Source of the DNA: a virus
Taxonomy: Duplodnaviria > Caudoviricetes
DNA length: 64,000 bases
IMG/VR virus record: IMGVR_UViG_3300048606_000077
Location: 4,380 to 68,379 of that record
Direction: 5' to 3' (one strand)
How positions within the stretch are numbered: the first letter of the stretch is position 1; every line of letters starts with the position of its first letter. The notes under the pieces were generated by a model. It did not search any database. It saw only the letters and a program-made list of their open reading frames with translations, and was not told the origin of the DNA. The position numbers and the translations under genes were made by a program. This document shows, in pieces, positions 43,626-52,661 of this stretch.

Positions 43626-43837
43626 GGCCGGGTGTTCTCCTCGGTGGTGGTGTTGTGGTTGGTGCGGTCTTCGGCTCGGTAGCGGACGACGGTGCGGGGG
43701 TTGACGGCGAGGATGCGGGCGATCTCCCGTGCGGAGAGCCCGTGTGCGGTGAGGTTGCGGGAGACGTGTTGGCGTTCGGGTCGGTCGAGGCCGGGGGTGG
43801 GGCGGCGGTGGGTGATGGCGATGTCGGTGTCGTTCAC
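43622..43837 (-). CDS. HTH DNA-binding protein
   Basis: HGLSAREIARILAVNPRTVVRYR. Confidence 0.7.
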   Translation of the reverse strand: MNDTDIAITHRRPTPGLDRPERQHVSRNLTAHGLSAREIARILAVNPRTVVRYRAEDRTNHNTTTEENTRP

Positions 43838-44007
43838 GGGTGGGGGCTCTTCTCGGTGTTCTGTGCGGTCCAGGCTTCGATGCGGGCGTCGTGGCTGGGG
43901 ATGGCGAGCGGCCGGCCGCGTGCTCGGCTTGTGCAGCGGGTACCGGGTGGGGCGCCGCAGTGGGGGCATTGGATGGCGTGCTCGGGGTAGACCGGACGGC
44001 CGTTCAT
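43834..44007 (-). CDS. Small zinc-finger protein (57 aa)
   Basis: IQCPHCGAPPGTRCTS...SHDARI; ATGA overlap. Confidence 0.65.
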   Translation of the reverse strand: MNGRPVYPEHAIQCPHCGAPPGTRCTSRARGRPLAIPSHDARIEAWTAQNTEKSPHP

Positions 44008-44753
44008 GACGCCTCGGTCTCGCGGAGCTGCTGCTGGAACCGCTCCAGTTCGGCGCGCTGCTTGGGGGTGAGCAGGCCAAGGCGGTCGCGGGCGGCAGCG
44101 CGGAGCCGTTCCTCCTGGCGGGCCTTGTCAGCGGGGTCAGGGGCTGACTGGCCGGACGCGGCGGTGATCCGGGCTGTGTGCGGCTTGAGTCGCGGCTTGC
44201 CGAGCGGCTGCTTGCTGCTGCCACCAGGGGTCTTGCATGGGCGGCCCATGGCGGCGCCGCACGCCGGGCACTTGATGCCGAGGGGCCCGGCGCGGCGCAC
44301 GGTGTCGGCGAGTGCTTCGTCGTCAGAATCCGGCACGGTGCGGCCGATGCCTTCGAGTTCGCGCGCGACATCGCGGTGCGGGCCGCCGGTCAGGGTGAGC
44401 CGGCCGGTGGACGGTGTGGTCCGCCCGGCGGCGAGGGCGTCGAGCTGGCCGCGGTAGCGGGCGATGAACTCGCCAGGTGTCTCGTTGCCGACGGGTTCGT
44501 ACTGGAAGTTCTCCAGGCGTTCGGAGCGGATGGTGCGGCGGATGCGGCGTACGTCGTGCGGCTGGATCCACAAGCGCTGACTGGGGTCCTTGGGTGGGGT
44601 GCCGTAGTACCGGTCGACGGCGGCGTAGGCGTCGGTGTCCAGCGAGATGTCGTTGAGGGCTGAGGCCCAGGCGACAGCGGCGGCGGCGGAGGGCTGGCGG
44701 TTGTCAAATCCGGCGCAGCGGGTGAGCAGGTCTGAGGCTTCCGAGGGGGTCAT
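44004..44753 (-). CDS. Helicase-loader/inhibitor-like protein with C-terminal zinc finger
   Basis: MTPSEASDLL...FDNRQP...AWASAL; CPACGA..G.PC...H; directly after the replication initiator. Confidence 0.65.
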   Translation of the reverse strand: MTPSEASDLLTRCAGFDNRQPSAAAAVAWASALNDISLDTDAYAAVDRYYGTPPKDPSQRLWIQPHDVRRIRRTIRSERLENFQYEPVGNETPGEFIARYRGQLDALAAGRTTPSTGRLTLTGGPHRDVARELEGIGRTVPDSDDEALADTVRRAGPLGIKCPACGAAMGRPCKTPGGSSKQPLGKPRLKPHTARITAASGQSAPDPADKARQEERLRAAARDRLGLLTPKQRAELERFQQQLRETEAS

Positions 44754-45850
44754 GAGGTCTCCCGGGCTTCGAGGGCTCGGAGTTGTTCGGTGAGGGCGGC
44801 GTGGGCGGCGACCTTGGCGTCGGTGCCGGTGAGTGGCTGGCGGGTGTTGAGGTCGAGCACGTTGCTGTGCTTGGCGGGCGCGGCGTTCATGGCTTCGTTG
44901 ACGAAGCTGGGGATCGCGGAGGGGGCGGAGCCCTTGGCCATCCAGCGGGCGAGGCCGGAACGGATGTCGTCGGGGTCGATGCCTTCGTCGAGGAGCGCCT
45001 TGATCTGCTTGGCGGCCTGGCCGATGGTCTGGCCGGGTGGGCGCTTGTTCACGCGCTCCAGCCACTCGGCGACGATCGTCTGCGCGGTGACGGGTTGGTC
45101 CCCCGAGGGGGCGGCTTCTGCCGCTCCGACGAAGTCGGCATCTTCGGCGAGGACTGCCTCAGGTTCCTCGTCTGCCTCAGCCGCCCCCCTCTTGTCTGGG
45201 GCAGGGGTAGGGGCAGGGGAAAGGGCAGGGGCGGCGCGCACATGTGTGCCCGCGCGTCCGCGCGTAGAGGGTTCCCGAGGCTCTTCGGGAGGGGTATCGG
45301 AGGGGGTTCGGGAGGGGGGTGCGGATGCCCTTCCCGACGGGGTCGGGTCGGGTTCCCGGAAGGCCTTACGGAGGGCCTCGATGTGGTCGGCGACTTGCTG
45401 CCGGATCGAGGGTCCTTCGCCACGGGTGGTCTTGGTCGGCTCGTCGCTGAGGTCGTCGAGCGGGACGCGGCCCATCTCGGCGAGGAGTGCCCGCCGCAGC
45501 ATGCGGGAGGAGATCTCCAGGGCCCCGGAGACCATCGCGCCCATGACCTTGGGCTGTTTCCATACGCCGTCGTTGCGGACGAAGGAGCGGATGAGGAGTT
45601 CCTCGGTGTCGTCGTCGAGGACGATGAAGCCGGTTTCGGTGAGGGCCTGGAGGTGCTTGTCCAGCTCGGCGGCCGTGAGCCCACGGGATTTGCGTGCCCA
45701 GCGGCGCAGGGTGAGCGGGAGTAGGCCGGCGTGGTTCAGGTTCGGCTGGCTGATGAGGAACAGGTAAAGCCGCTGCTGCTGCTCGGTGAGCGCGAGGAAG
45801 TCTTCGTCCTCCCAGATGGAGGAGAGGATCCGGCCGTGGGCTCGTGCCAT
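44750..45850 (-). CDS. Phage replication initiator (replisome organizer)
   Basis: RILSSIWEDEDFLAL...QRLYLFLISQPNLNHAG.LPLTLRRWA winged helix; EELLIRSFVRNDG. Confidence 0.8.
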   Translation of the reverse strand: MARAHGRILSSIWEDEDFLALTEQQQRLYLFLISQPNLNHAGLLPLTLRRWARKSRGLTAAELDKHLQALTETGFIVLDDDTEELLIRSFVRNDGVWKQPKVMGAMVSGALEISSRMLRRALLAEMGRVPLDDLSDEPTKTTRGEGPSIRQQVADHIEALRKAFREPDPTPSGRASAPPSRTPSDTPPEEPREPSTRGRAGTHVRAAPALSPAPTPAPDKRGAAEADEEPEAVLAEDADFVGAAEAAPSGDQPVTAQTIVAEWLERVNKRPPGQTIGQAAKQIKALLDEGIDPDDIRSGLARWMAKGSAPSAIPSFVNEAMNAAPAKHSNVLDLNTRQPLTGTDAKVAAHAALTEQLRALEARETS

Positions 45851-45939
45851 GGAGAGCTTCTTTCGGTCGTGCTGAACGGGGGTGGGCGCGGCGAAGCCGC
45901 CGGTCAGGGTGGTCTCACTAGGGCCCGTCCGTAGTCCCT

Positions 45940-45978
45940 AGTGTACACTTGGGTACGCAGGCGTACTGCAGCTACCAT
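45940..45978 (+). promoter_or_regulatory. Operator palindromes and -10 of a leaderless Phd promoter
   Basis: AGTGTACACT 45940-45949, GTACGC-AG-GCGTAC 45953-45966, TACCAT 45973-45978 six nt before the ATG. Confidence 0.55.
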
Positions 45979-45984
45979 GGGTGT

Positions 45985-46185
45985 ATGCCTGCGAACACAA
46001 GCGCCGAGATCGGTATCCGCGAACTGCGGGCCGGGCTGTCCGAAGTCGTGAACGAAACCGCCGTCCGTGGCCGGATCACCTACGTGACCAGCCGGGGCCG
46101 ACGAATCGCGGCGATCGTCCCCGTGCCCGATGCGGAGGCGATCGAGGCGCAGAGAAAACCGCAGGGGGACGGCCCCTCGGCCTGA
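45985..46185 (+). CDS. Phd/YefM-family antitoxin
   Basis: EIGIRELRAGLSEVVN...ITYVTSRGRRIAAIVP. Confidence 0.85.
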   Translation: MPANTSAEIGIRELRAGLSEVVNETAVRGRITYVTSRGRRIAAIVPVPDAEAIEAQRKPQGDGPSA

Positions 46186-46200
46186 TCGAGGAGTTCGCCC

Positions 46201-46674
46201 GTGTGGCTCGATGACCACCGCACTGCCCTCTACCGGTTCTTCGATGAGGGCGGTGCTTTGCTGTACGTGGGCATCACCGCGAACCTCGAAGCCCGCTGGC
46301 TTGACCATGAGCGGCTGAAGTCGTGGTGGCCGCTGGTCGCGTCGAAGACCGTCGAGTGGTTCGACACCCGCCCGTCCGCCCGCGCGGCTGAGCTGTTGGC
46401 TATGGAGAAGGAGCGACCGATCCACAATGTGGCCAACTCCCCGTGGGCGCCCCCGCGCCGCGAGCTGGTCGAGGACGAACTCACGATCACGCAGCTCCGG
46501 GCGAACCTGACCGAGTACTGCACGCGCGTCCGCCTGCAAGACACAGCGTTCTTCGTGGTCGGCATTAACAAGAAGCGGGACCGGATCGCCGTCATCGTGC
46601 CGTTCGACTTCTACGAGCGCGCGTGTGCCGCTCTCGGTGAGGAGCGCGTGCCGGCCGAGCAGCCGGAAGCCTGA
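46201..46674 (+). CDS. GIY-YIG nuclease domain fused to a C-terminal Phd/YefM-like domain
   Basis: TALYRFFD...LLYVGIT, R.W..H, AE, PIHN (GIY-YIG); ITQLRANLTE...RIAVIVP (Phd-like); GAGGAG RBS. Confidence 0.75.
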   Translation: MWLDDHRTALYRFFDEGGALLYVGITANLEARWLDHERLKSWWPLVASKTVEWFDTRPSARAAELLAMEKERPIHNVANSPWAPPRRELVEDELTITQLRANLTEYCTRVRLQDTAFFVVGINKKRDRIAVIVPFDFYERACAALGEERVPAEQPEA

Positions 46675-46679
46675 CCGCG

Positions 46680-48062
46680 TCATCGCCCCGCCTTCCGGTG
46701 GATGGGCCAGCCGGGACCGGGCTGCGGCTCGGGCTTCCCTGCGAGGGCCGAGGGCGTGTGACGCGGGCAGCGGTGGCCGGGCAGGTAGTGGCGGACACCA
46801 TCGGCGGCCTGGCAGTGACGCCGTTCAGCGCCGATCCAGTGCGAGCACACGCCCGGTGCGAGACGCGGAACGACGGGTGCCACGGGGCGCTTTTGGGCCG
46901 GCGTGGTGAGCGGGGACAGGTCGACTGCCTGCGCGCGCATCGCCTCCAACTCGGCTTTCTCAGACGTCACGTCACGGGTCTCAAGAACGACCGTCCGACT
47001 TACGTACCGTTCCTTAGGGGCTGACCTGAAGTCGGATTCCGGTCGGTCCTCCGTGCACAGGTCACGCCGGTCAGCGTCACGGACGGCGGGTCGTTCTTTC
47101 TTCGTTTCCGATTCAGTCCCGTGCTCGGATAGGTATCGCTCGCACTGGTCTGCCCGCATGAATCCGTGCTGGCCGTTTACCTTGAATGGAACGCGCTCCC
47201 CGTCCGCGACTTCCACAACGAACCGAGGAAGAGCGAGCGTTGGCTTGTTCGACTCGTAGGCGGCGCTGGACTGGTGCTCAGGCACGACGACCAGGTGATG
47301 CCGCCCGCAGTAGGCGTCGTTGGGCTTCTCGGGGTTGTAGGGCTTCTCGGGGCACCGGACGAATGTCCCTTCCGGGGTGCACCGCCCTTCTTCAACCACG
47401 TAGTTGCCGTCGCGGATCTCAAGGGCGTTCTTCTGCTTGCGAATGACTGGCGCAGGCAGGTTGGGCGTGCGGATGTATGGGACCGCGCCGATTCCAGGGT
47501 GGTCAGGGTCCACGAAGTCCCAGATGCGGGTGAATCCTGCGCGCTTTCGGTGCGCGTCGCGGCTGATGATCGACCGGCGTGATTGCTCGCTCAGCTGGGG
47601 GTCGTAGTCCAAGAGGCGACCGTCGGCTGCTTTAATGCCGACGTCGAGCCGTGCGCGGCCGCCGGCCACGACCTGTTCGAGTTGGGCGTGGTGACCGGCA
47701 TCTACGACTTCGTTGGCTACGAGTTCCTTCCTGGCGATGTGCTCGTCCGACTCGTGGCTTACGGGCTTCTCGCCAGGCTTCCGGTAGTGAGAGGCGAACC
47801 ACTCTCCGCTGCGGTTGACGAGGAACATCGGCACCCGCGCGTCGCGGAGCTGCATGCAGTCGGGGCAGATGAGGCCGCGCTTCTCGACCGGGACGCGTCT
47901 CCGCATGCGGAGGAGCTTGCCCAGGAGTCCCGGCTCCTCGGAAACGCCGAGATCGGTTCGGTCGAGGTCGAGATTTCGCCCAGCCGGTTCGTAGTAGACC
48001 GGGTTACGGAATAGCCCTTCGTCGTCCTCGGGCTCGTATTCATCGTCTTCGCGGTCGTTCAC
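46680..48062 (-). CDS. CoiA-like (Zn + PD-(D/E)xK-like) protein with fused C-terminal phage zinc finger
   Basis: CPDC, HESDEH..RK, LEQ...RLDV, PQLS; C-terminal CSHWIGAE..HC...RCPRHTP; visibly lower GC in the middle. Confidence 0.6.
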   Translation of the reverse strand: MNDREDDEYEPEDDEGLFRNPVYYEPAGRNLDLDRTDLGVSEEPGLLGKLLRMRRRVPVEKRGLICPDCMQLRDARVPMFLVNRSGEWFASHYRKPGEKPVSHESDEHIARKELVANEVVDAGHHAQLEQVVAGGRARLDVGIKAADGRLLDYDPQLSEQSRRSIISRDAHRKRAGFTRIWDFVDPDHPGIGAVPYIRTPNLPAPVIRKQKNALEIRDGNYVVEEGRCTPEGTFVRCPEKPYNPEKPNDAYCGRHHLVVVPEHQSSAAYESNKPTLALPRFVVEVADGERVPFKVNGQHGFMRADQCERYLSEHGTESETKKERPAVRDADRRDLCTEDRPESDFRSAPKERYVSRTVVLETRDVTSEKAELEAMRAQAVDLSPLTTPAQKRPVAPVVPRLAPGVCSHWIGAERRHCQAADGVRHYLPGHRCPRHTPSALAGKPEPQPGPGWPIHRKAGR

Positions 48063-48376
48063 CACAGCGCCCCTTCCGGCCGGCGCATCTTCGGCGTCCC
48101 CGCTGGGCACACGTGGCAGATGACCTGCTCGTGCGTGCAGTCCCGGCCGCCCCGGCATCGCCACCGCAGGTCGACCGCCCCGCCGTGGAGCCGTGCGACG
48201 CACCACAGGAGTCGCCACGGGCCGGGCCGCCGTACATCCCCCGCGACGTACGGCGCCACCTCCGCCATGACGGTGAGGGCGGCGCGGTGGCCCACCAACT
48301 GCCGAAAACAGGGCGTGCCGCACCGGGCGCAGTCCATACGGACGGCACCCAGCGCGGACTTCGACGGCTTGGTCAC
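48059..48376 (-). CDS. Cys-containing hypothetical protein
   Basis: CARCG.P...QLVG..AAL, H.C; overlap coupling. Confidence 0.65.
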   Translation of the reverse strand: MTKPSKSALGAVRMDCARCGTPCFRQLVGHRAALTVMAEVAPYVAGDVRRPGPWRLLWCVARLHGGAVDLRWRCRGGRDCTHEQVICHVCPAGTPKMRRPEGALW

Positions 48377-48795
48377 CGACGGACGGACCTCTGCGCGTCC
48401 TCGTGCGCCTGGTACTCGCCCTCGGTCGGGTACTCGGACAGCACGTCTGCGACGACCTGCTCCGCGTCGCGTGTCCCCGGGCCCAGTTCGTCGAGCGTCT
48501 GGTCCATCTTGCGGCGCCGCATCATGGCCCGCATGACCTCCAGGAGGCTGCGTGTCTGGTCGTCGTCACGGCCTGCCTCGGCGAGGGTGACGCGCAACTT
48601 GACCTGCGGGTCCTTGTCTTCGCCTTCGGCGTGGCCGGTGTACGACTTCGAGGTGAGTTCGACGATGGCGAGGACGCGCGACCCCGGGCGCTCGAAGAGT
48701 CCGCGGCGCTGCTCATCGGTCAGCGCCGACTCGATGAACGCGGCGCCGGCGTCGAGCTTGATCTCAGGGACTTCGTCCTTGGAGAGCTTGGGCAT
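48373..48795 (-). CDS. Hypothetical protein
   Basis: GAAAGGA RBS; globular protein. Confidence 0.75.
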   Translation of the reverse strand: MPKLSKDEVPEIKLDAGAAFIESALTDEQRRGLFERPGSRVLAIVELTSKSYTGHAEGEDKDPQVKLRVTLAEAGRDDDQTRSLLEVMRAMMRRRKMDQTLDELGPGTRDAEQVVADVLSEYPTEGEYQAHEDAQRSVRR

Positions 48796-48843
48796 GTGGT
48801 TCCTTTCGGGTCAGGCCGGGCGGTTGCCTGGCTGGTGGTTGGT

Positions 48844-48881
48844 GGCCCGGGGCGGAGGAGCTGGTCGCCCCGCCCCGGGCC
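48844..48881 (-). terminator. Hairpin within the early operon
   Basis: GGCCCGGGGCGG/CCGCCCCGGGCC 12-bp stem. Confidence 0.5.
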
Positions 48882-48891
48882 GGTCTGTGGG

Positions 48892-49506
48892 CTAGTCGTC
48901 GTCTTCGCCGAGGGCGATGCGGGCCGCGTCGTCGTAGCAGGCCCATTCCTCGCGGTTGATCGGGTCCTCGTCGTCGTTGCGCAGTTCGCGGCCGCGCTCT
49001 TCGATGGCGTTGCTGATGGCCTTGCGGAGGGCCTTTTCGGCGGCGCTCTCCGTCGGAGCGGGCCCGGCCGGGACCGGGCGCAGCGGGACGACGGGCGCGA
49101 TGGCCTTCATGAGGTCGGCGACCACGTCGTCCCGGATCCCGGCGGGCATGGTCGGGTCGAAGGCGAAGTGGAGGCGTACGGCCGTGTCGCCGTCGGGGCC
49201 TGCGATCTCGATGCGGTGGCCGGTGGGGACCAGGCCGTCGGCGCCGAGCGCGACCGCCCACCCGGAGGTGTCGGCGGCGGCGCCGGTGATGAGGTCGTGG
49301 ATCTTGCCCTGCGCCGCCTGGTAGGCCGTGTAGTCGTCAGCGTCCACGTCGGCGAGGGCGTCCCACCACGTGCGGCCGGTGGAGGGGATCGGGGTGTCCT
49401 CGATGGCCTCGCCTACGCCTTGGTAGTCGGTATCACTGGTGAGGTCGTGGTGCTGGCGGGCGGCTTCGGCGCGGAGGTCCGCATCCGTGTACGGCAGGTC
49501 GGTCAT
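48892..49506 (-). CDS. Hypothetical protein
   Basis: MTDLPYTDADLRAEAARQH; ATGA overlap. Confidence 0.7.
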   Translation of the reverse strand: MTDLPYTDADLRAEAARQHHDLTSDTDYQGVGEAIEDTPIPSTGRTWWDALADVDADDYTAYQAAQGKIHDLITGAAADTSGWAVALGADGLVPTGHRIEIAGPDGDTAVRLHFAFDPTMPAGIRDDVVADLMKAIAPVVPLRPVPAGPAPTESAAEKALRKAISNAIEERGRELRNDDEDPINREEWACYDDAARIALGEDDD

Positions 49507-49739
49507 CCGAGGTGTTCCTTCTCGTAAGCGGCCGCCGCCTCGACGGCCTGCTGAGCAATGGCTTCTTCCGCGCACGTCTTGTGCGCCGGGGCCCGCTTCG
49601 AATCGCGGAGGTTGGTTTCCCGCCCGCAGTACCGGCACGGCTTCGCGGTCCAGGACCAGTGCGCCGGGGACCGCCAGTCCAGGAGCACCGGCCCCTGGCT
49701 GGCGGTGGCGGCCGGCTTCCGGCGCGGGCGGGACGTCAC
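49503..49739 (-). CDS. Small zinc-finger protein
   Basis: LLDW....HW...KPCRYCG..TNLRD...PAHKTCAE. Confidence 0.7.
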   Translation of the reverse strand: MTSRPRRKPAATASQGPVLLDWRSPAHWSWTAKPCRYCGRETNLRDSKRAPAHKTCAEEAIAQQAVEAAAAYEKEHLG

Positions 49740-50104
49740 GCTGCAGCCCCCTGCCCGAAGATCCCCACGAGCAGGGCGGCAGTCCGGGCGCGGCCGGGTC
49801 GGTCATCCACGTGCACCACGCAGCCCGGCACCTCGCAGTCCGGCAGGACGTAGCCCACCGGTTCCCGGCCCGTGCGCAGCCGGAAGGCGACCCGGTACGC
49901 GGTCATCTCGACCCGGGCGTGGCGCAGGCGGGGCAGGCCGCCCCGGTTGACGTATCCGGTCCAGCGGAGGTGGCCGCCCGGGGCGGGTTCGGTGCGGAGC
50001 CGGAACGCTTCCTCGAGGGAGGCGGCCTTACGGCCTTTCACCGCGGTGGGCAGGCTGATCGGACCGGCGTGCCGGATGCGCGACCGGCGCGGGCGGGCGG
50101 TCAC
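49736..50104 (-). CDS. Degenerate HNH-like (His-Me finger) protein
   Basis: GHLRWTG...TAYRVAF...G.EP.GYV...C.VPGCV. Confidence 0.6.
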   Translation of the reverse strand: MTARPRRSRIRHAGPISLPTAVKGRKAASLEEAFRLRTEPAPGGHLRWTGYVNRGGLPRLRHARVEMTAYRVAFRLRTGREPVGYVLPDCEVPGCVVHVDDRPGRARTAALLVGIFGQGAAA

Positions 50105-50403
50105 CTCGCGACCGGCCGACGACGCTGACGGCGGAAGATCTGATCCCGTTCGTCCTCGGACATCGCGCCCCACACCCCGCTGGACTCCCGGTTGGCGAGG
50201 GCGACCTGGCCGCAGATCTCCATGACCGGGCACATGCGGCACTCGGCCTTCGCCTCCTCGATCTGTAGGAGGTAGTGGCCGGTGTTGCCAGCCGGGTGCC
50301 AGAGGTCGGGGTCGATGCCGGGGCCGGTTCGGCATCGGGCATCGTGGTGCCAGGCATCGGCGGAGGACGACTCCGTATCGGGCGCGTAGGAACCGGCCAT
50401 CAC
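50101..50403 (-). CDS. whiB: WhiB-family transcriptional regulator
   Basis: W...ARC...A..CRMCPV...C...GVWGAMSEDER. Confidence 0.9.
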   Translation of the reverse strand: MMAGSYAPDTESSSADAWHHDARCRTGPGIDPDLWHPAGNTGHYLLQIEEAKAECRMCPVMEICGQVALANRESSGVWGAMSEDERDQIFRRQRRRPVAR

Positions 50404-51184
50404 GCCACCTCCGCCTTACGCTCGGCCTGCTTCCGCAGGCGCTTGCACTCCTCGCAATACGCCGTGCCGTCCGACTCGTACCGGCCGGACTCCACCTGGT
50501 CATGCCCGTGAACGCAGCGCTCCTTGCGCTCCTGGCCACCGGTGAAGTACCGGAACTGCTCGCGGGTCCGCGCGCGGCCGGCCTCATCGTCGACACAGTC
50601 CGGGGCGACGCAGTGCTCGACGCCGCACTCGGCGTACACGTAGCCCACCGGGTCGCGGCCGTGGCGGATACGGAAGGCGATGCCGGCCGGGCTGTGGACT
50701 TCTCCCGGTAGCGCATGACGGGGGTACCGCTGGCGGATCCGCGTTCGCCGGTCCATTCGAGGTGGCCGCCGTCGACCGGGCGGACATTGGCGCGCCACTT
50801 CTCCTCTGCCGAGGTGTACGAGCCGCCCGTGTACGGGATACCGGCCCCGGCACGGACGCGGCGCACGGCTGCCCGGTCGACGCCGAGCAGTCTGGCGATG
50901 GCGTCGCTGCTGTACTGGGGAAGCAGGGTGCGGATCTCGGCGTCGCGCGGGTGGGGGCGTGATTTGCGGGCGATGGTGGGCTTGCCGTATCCGCCGTCGG
51001 CGCGCATGCGGGCGATGGTGTCGACGTCGGCGCCGGTGCGGCGGCGGATCTCGGCGTTGCTGTAGCCGTGGCCCAGCAGGTCGTTGATCTCGCGGGTTTT
51101 GGGGTGCGGGCGCCGCCGGGTGCTCTGCGCGGCCGGGGTGATCCCGGCTTCCTCGCGGACGCGGGGAAGCGGAGTCGACGTCAT
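50400..51184 (-). pseudogene. Double-HTH plus HNH-like protein with a 1-nt deletion frameshift near 50694-50698
   Basis: Frame A ...GHLEWTG...MRYREK; frame B HSPAGIAFRIRHGRDPVGYV..ECGVEHCVAP...CVHGH...YCEEC. Confidence 0.65.
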
Positions 51185-51717
51185 GGGGTCACCGCCCCGA
51201 GCTGCCAGATGTGGATGACGCAGCCCGGCCTGCCCAGCACATCGGGCGCGGAGTCCCCGGCGTAGTACTTCTCCAGCCGCCGGTACCCCACCACCCGGGC
51301 GTCATCAGCCCACGCGACGCCAGTCAGGGCGTCCTCCGTCGACCGGAGAATTTTCGACAAGTCGGGCATGACGGCGGGCCGCAGCGGAGCCGAGTCGCGT
51401 AGCAGGTGCGCGTTGCGGCCGGTCCGGTAGTGGCCTTTGCCGCGGGCGAAGGCGAACACCATCGACGCGACCAAGGGGCCGTCCAGGATGGTGAAGCCGG
51501 GACTTGCCTCGACGGCGGCGAGCGCGGCGTACTTGACGTCCTGGCGCCAGGGCTTGACCTTCTTGGACGACTCGATCATCACGCCGCCGCCGACATGGCG
51601 CTTACTGCCTTGAGGAGCTGGCGTGCCGTAGACGGTGATGGTGAGGTCGGGGCGGGGCCCTGCTCCCGGCGCGAGGCCGGGAGCAGGAACCACAGCGTCG
51701 AACAGGGTGTCGGTCAC
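51181..51717 (-). CDS. rusA: RusA-family Holliday junction resolvase
   Basis: GTPAPQGSK, KPWR, PDLSKILRSTEDALTGVAWADDARVV. Confidence 0.88.
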   Translation of the reverse strand: MTDTLFDAVVPAPGLAPGAGPRPDLTITVYGTPAPQGSKRHVGGGVMIESSKKVKPWRQDVKYAALAAVEASPGFTILDGPLVASMVFAFARGKGHYRTGRNAHLLRDSAPLRPAVMPDLSKILRSTEDALTGVAWADDARVVGYRRLEKYYAGDSAPDVLGRPGCVIHIWQLGAVTP

Positions 51718-52073
51718 AGCGCACCGTCCAGCGTCAGCTGCTCCGGAACGACCAGGACCGAGACGCCGACCGCAACTGGCTCCGCGGTTCCGTCGGCCTC
51801 GCTCTCCCACTCCGAGAACAGCTCAGGCCGCTCGATCCGCGCGTGGGCCAGCAGCTCGCGGCCCTTGTCGGTCAGCTTCATCCCGCCGTCGCCGTCGGCC
51901 AGGAGCCCGGCCCAGCAGCAGGCGACTGCGTTGTTCGGGATGCCGTGGACGGAGTATCGGGCCCGGTCGTAGACCAGGCGTCCGGCCTCAGCTTGCAGGA
52001 GTGACGGGAGGTGGTAGCCGCTGAGTTCGTGGAGGGTGACGTCGTACGTGTCGTCGGTGAGGGAGCCGGACAT
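51714..52073 (-). CDS. Hypothetical protein
   Basis: Overlap-coupled ORF with GC3 bias. Confidence 0.65.
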   Translation of the reverse strand: MSGSLTDDTYDVTLHELSGYHLPSLLQAEAGRLVYDRARYSVHGIPNNAVACCWAGLLADGDGGMKLTDKGRELLAHARIERPELFSEWESEADGTAEPVAVGVSVLVVPEQLTLDGAL

Positions 52074-52477
52074 CAGCGGTCACCGCCGCTCTGGCGGGCC
52101 GCGCGACCCGCCTGCCGGGGCGCCCAGGTCCCCGCAGCCTTCCGCTCGCGCTGGTACTCGCGGGCAGCCTCGGTGCACGCCTCACACGCCTGCTCATCCC
52201 GGTACCGATGCTGCTGGTACCCCGCCGTGGTTCCGTGGGCGATGGGCTTACGGTTCCCGCGCCCGGCCGGGTTGCCCTGCTGCTCGCGCTTGGCCTTGTT
52301 GTTGGCCCTCCGGCACGGATCGTCGATCGGCTCGCCCTTGCGACAGTGCCGCTGGTATGCGGCCACGCTGCCGCAGGGAGCTGGCGGTCGGCCGCCAGGG
52401 TTCCGCTGCCGCTCGGGTGCGGTGAGGCCGATGTCGGCCATGAGCTGGTCGAGCTGGGTGTCGGTCAAGTCAGGCAC
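52073..52477 (-). CDS. Protein with tandem His/Cys motifs (CGS.AAY.RH...C; HGT..GY..H...C..C)
   Basis: Two copies of a common actinophage zinc-binding repeat. Confidence 0.7.
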   Translation of the reverse strand: MPDLTDTQLDQLMADIGLTAPERQRNPGGRPPAPCGSVAAYQRHCRKGEPIDDPCRRANNKAKREQQGNPAGRGNRKPIAHGTTAGYQQHRYRDEQACEACTEAAREYQRERKAAGTWAPRQAGRAARQSGGDR

Positions 52478-52661
52478 GGGGAACCCCCTCGGGAGAAGTC
52501 GGGACAGAGGAACGGCGGACGGTCGCGCGGCAGACCAGGCGCACCAGCCAGGCCAGCCCCCGCCGCACCGCCACCAGCACGGCGAAGACGATGGCGAAAC
52601 ACACCAGCAGGCCCATCACGAACACGAAGGCAGCGACAACGGACGCCTGATCGCTAGTCAC
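52470..52661 (-). CDS. Small TM protein
   Basis: GTGA overlap; hydrophobic FVFVMGLLVCFAIVFAVLV. Confidence 0.55.
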   Translation of the reverse strand: MTSDQASVVAAFVFVMGLLVCFAIVFAVLVAVRRGLAWLVRLVCRATVRRSSVPTSPEGVPRA

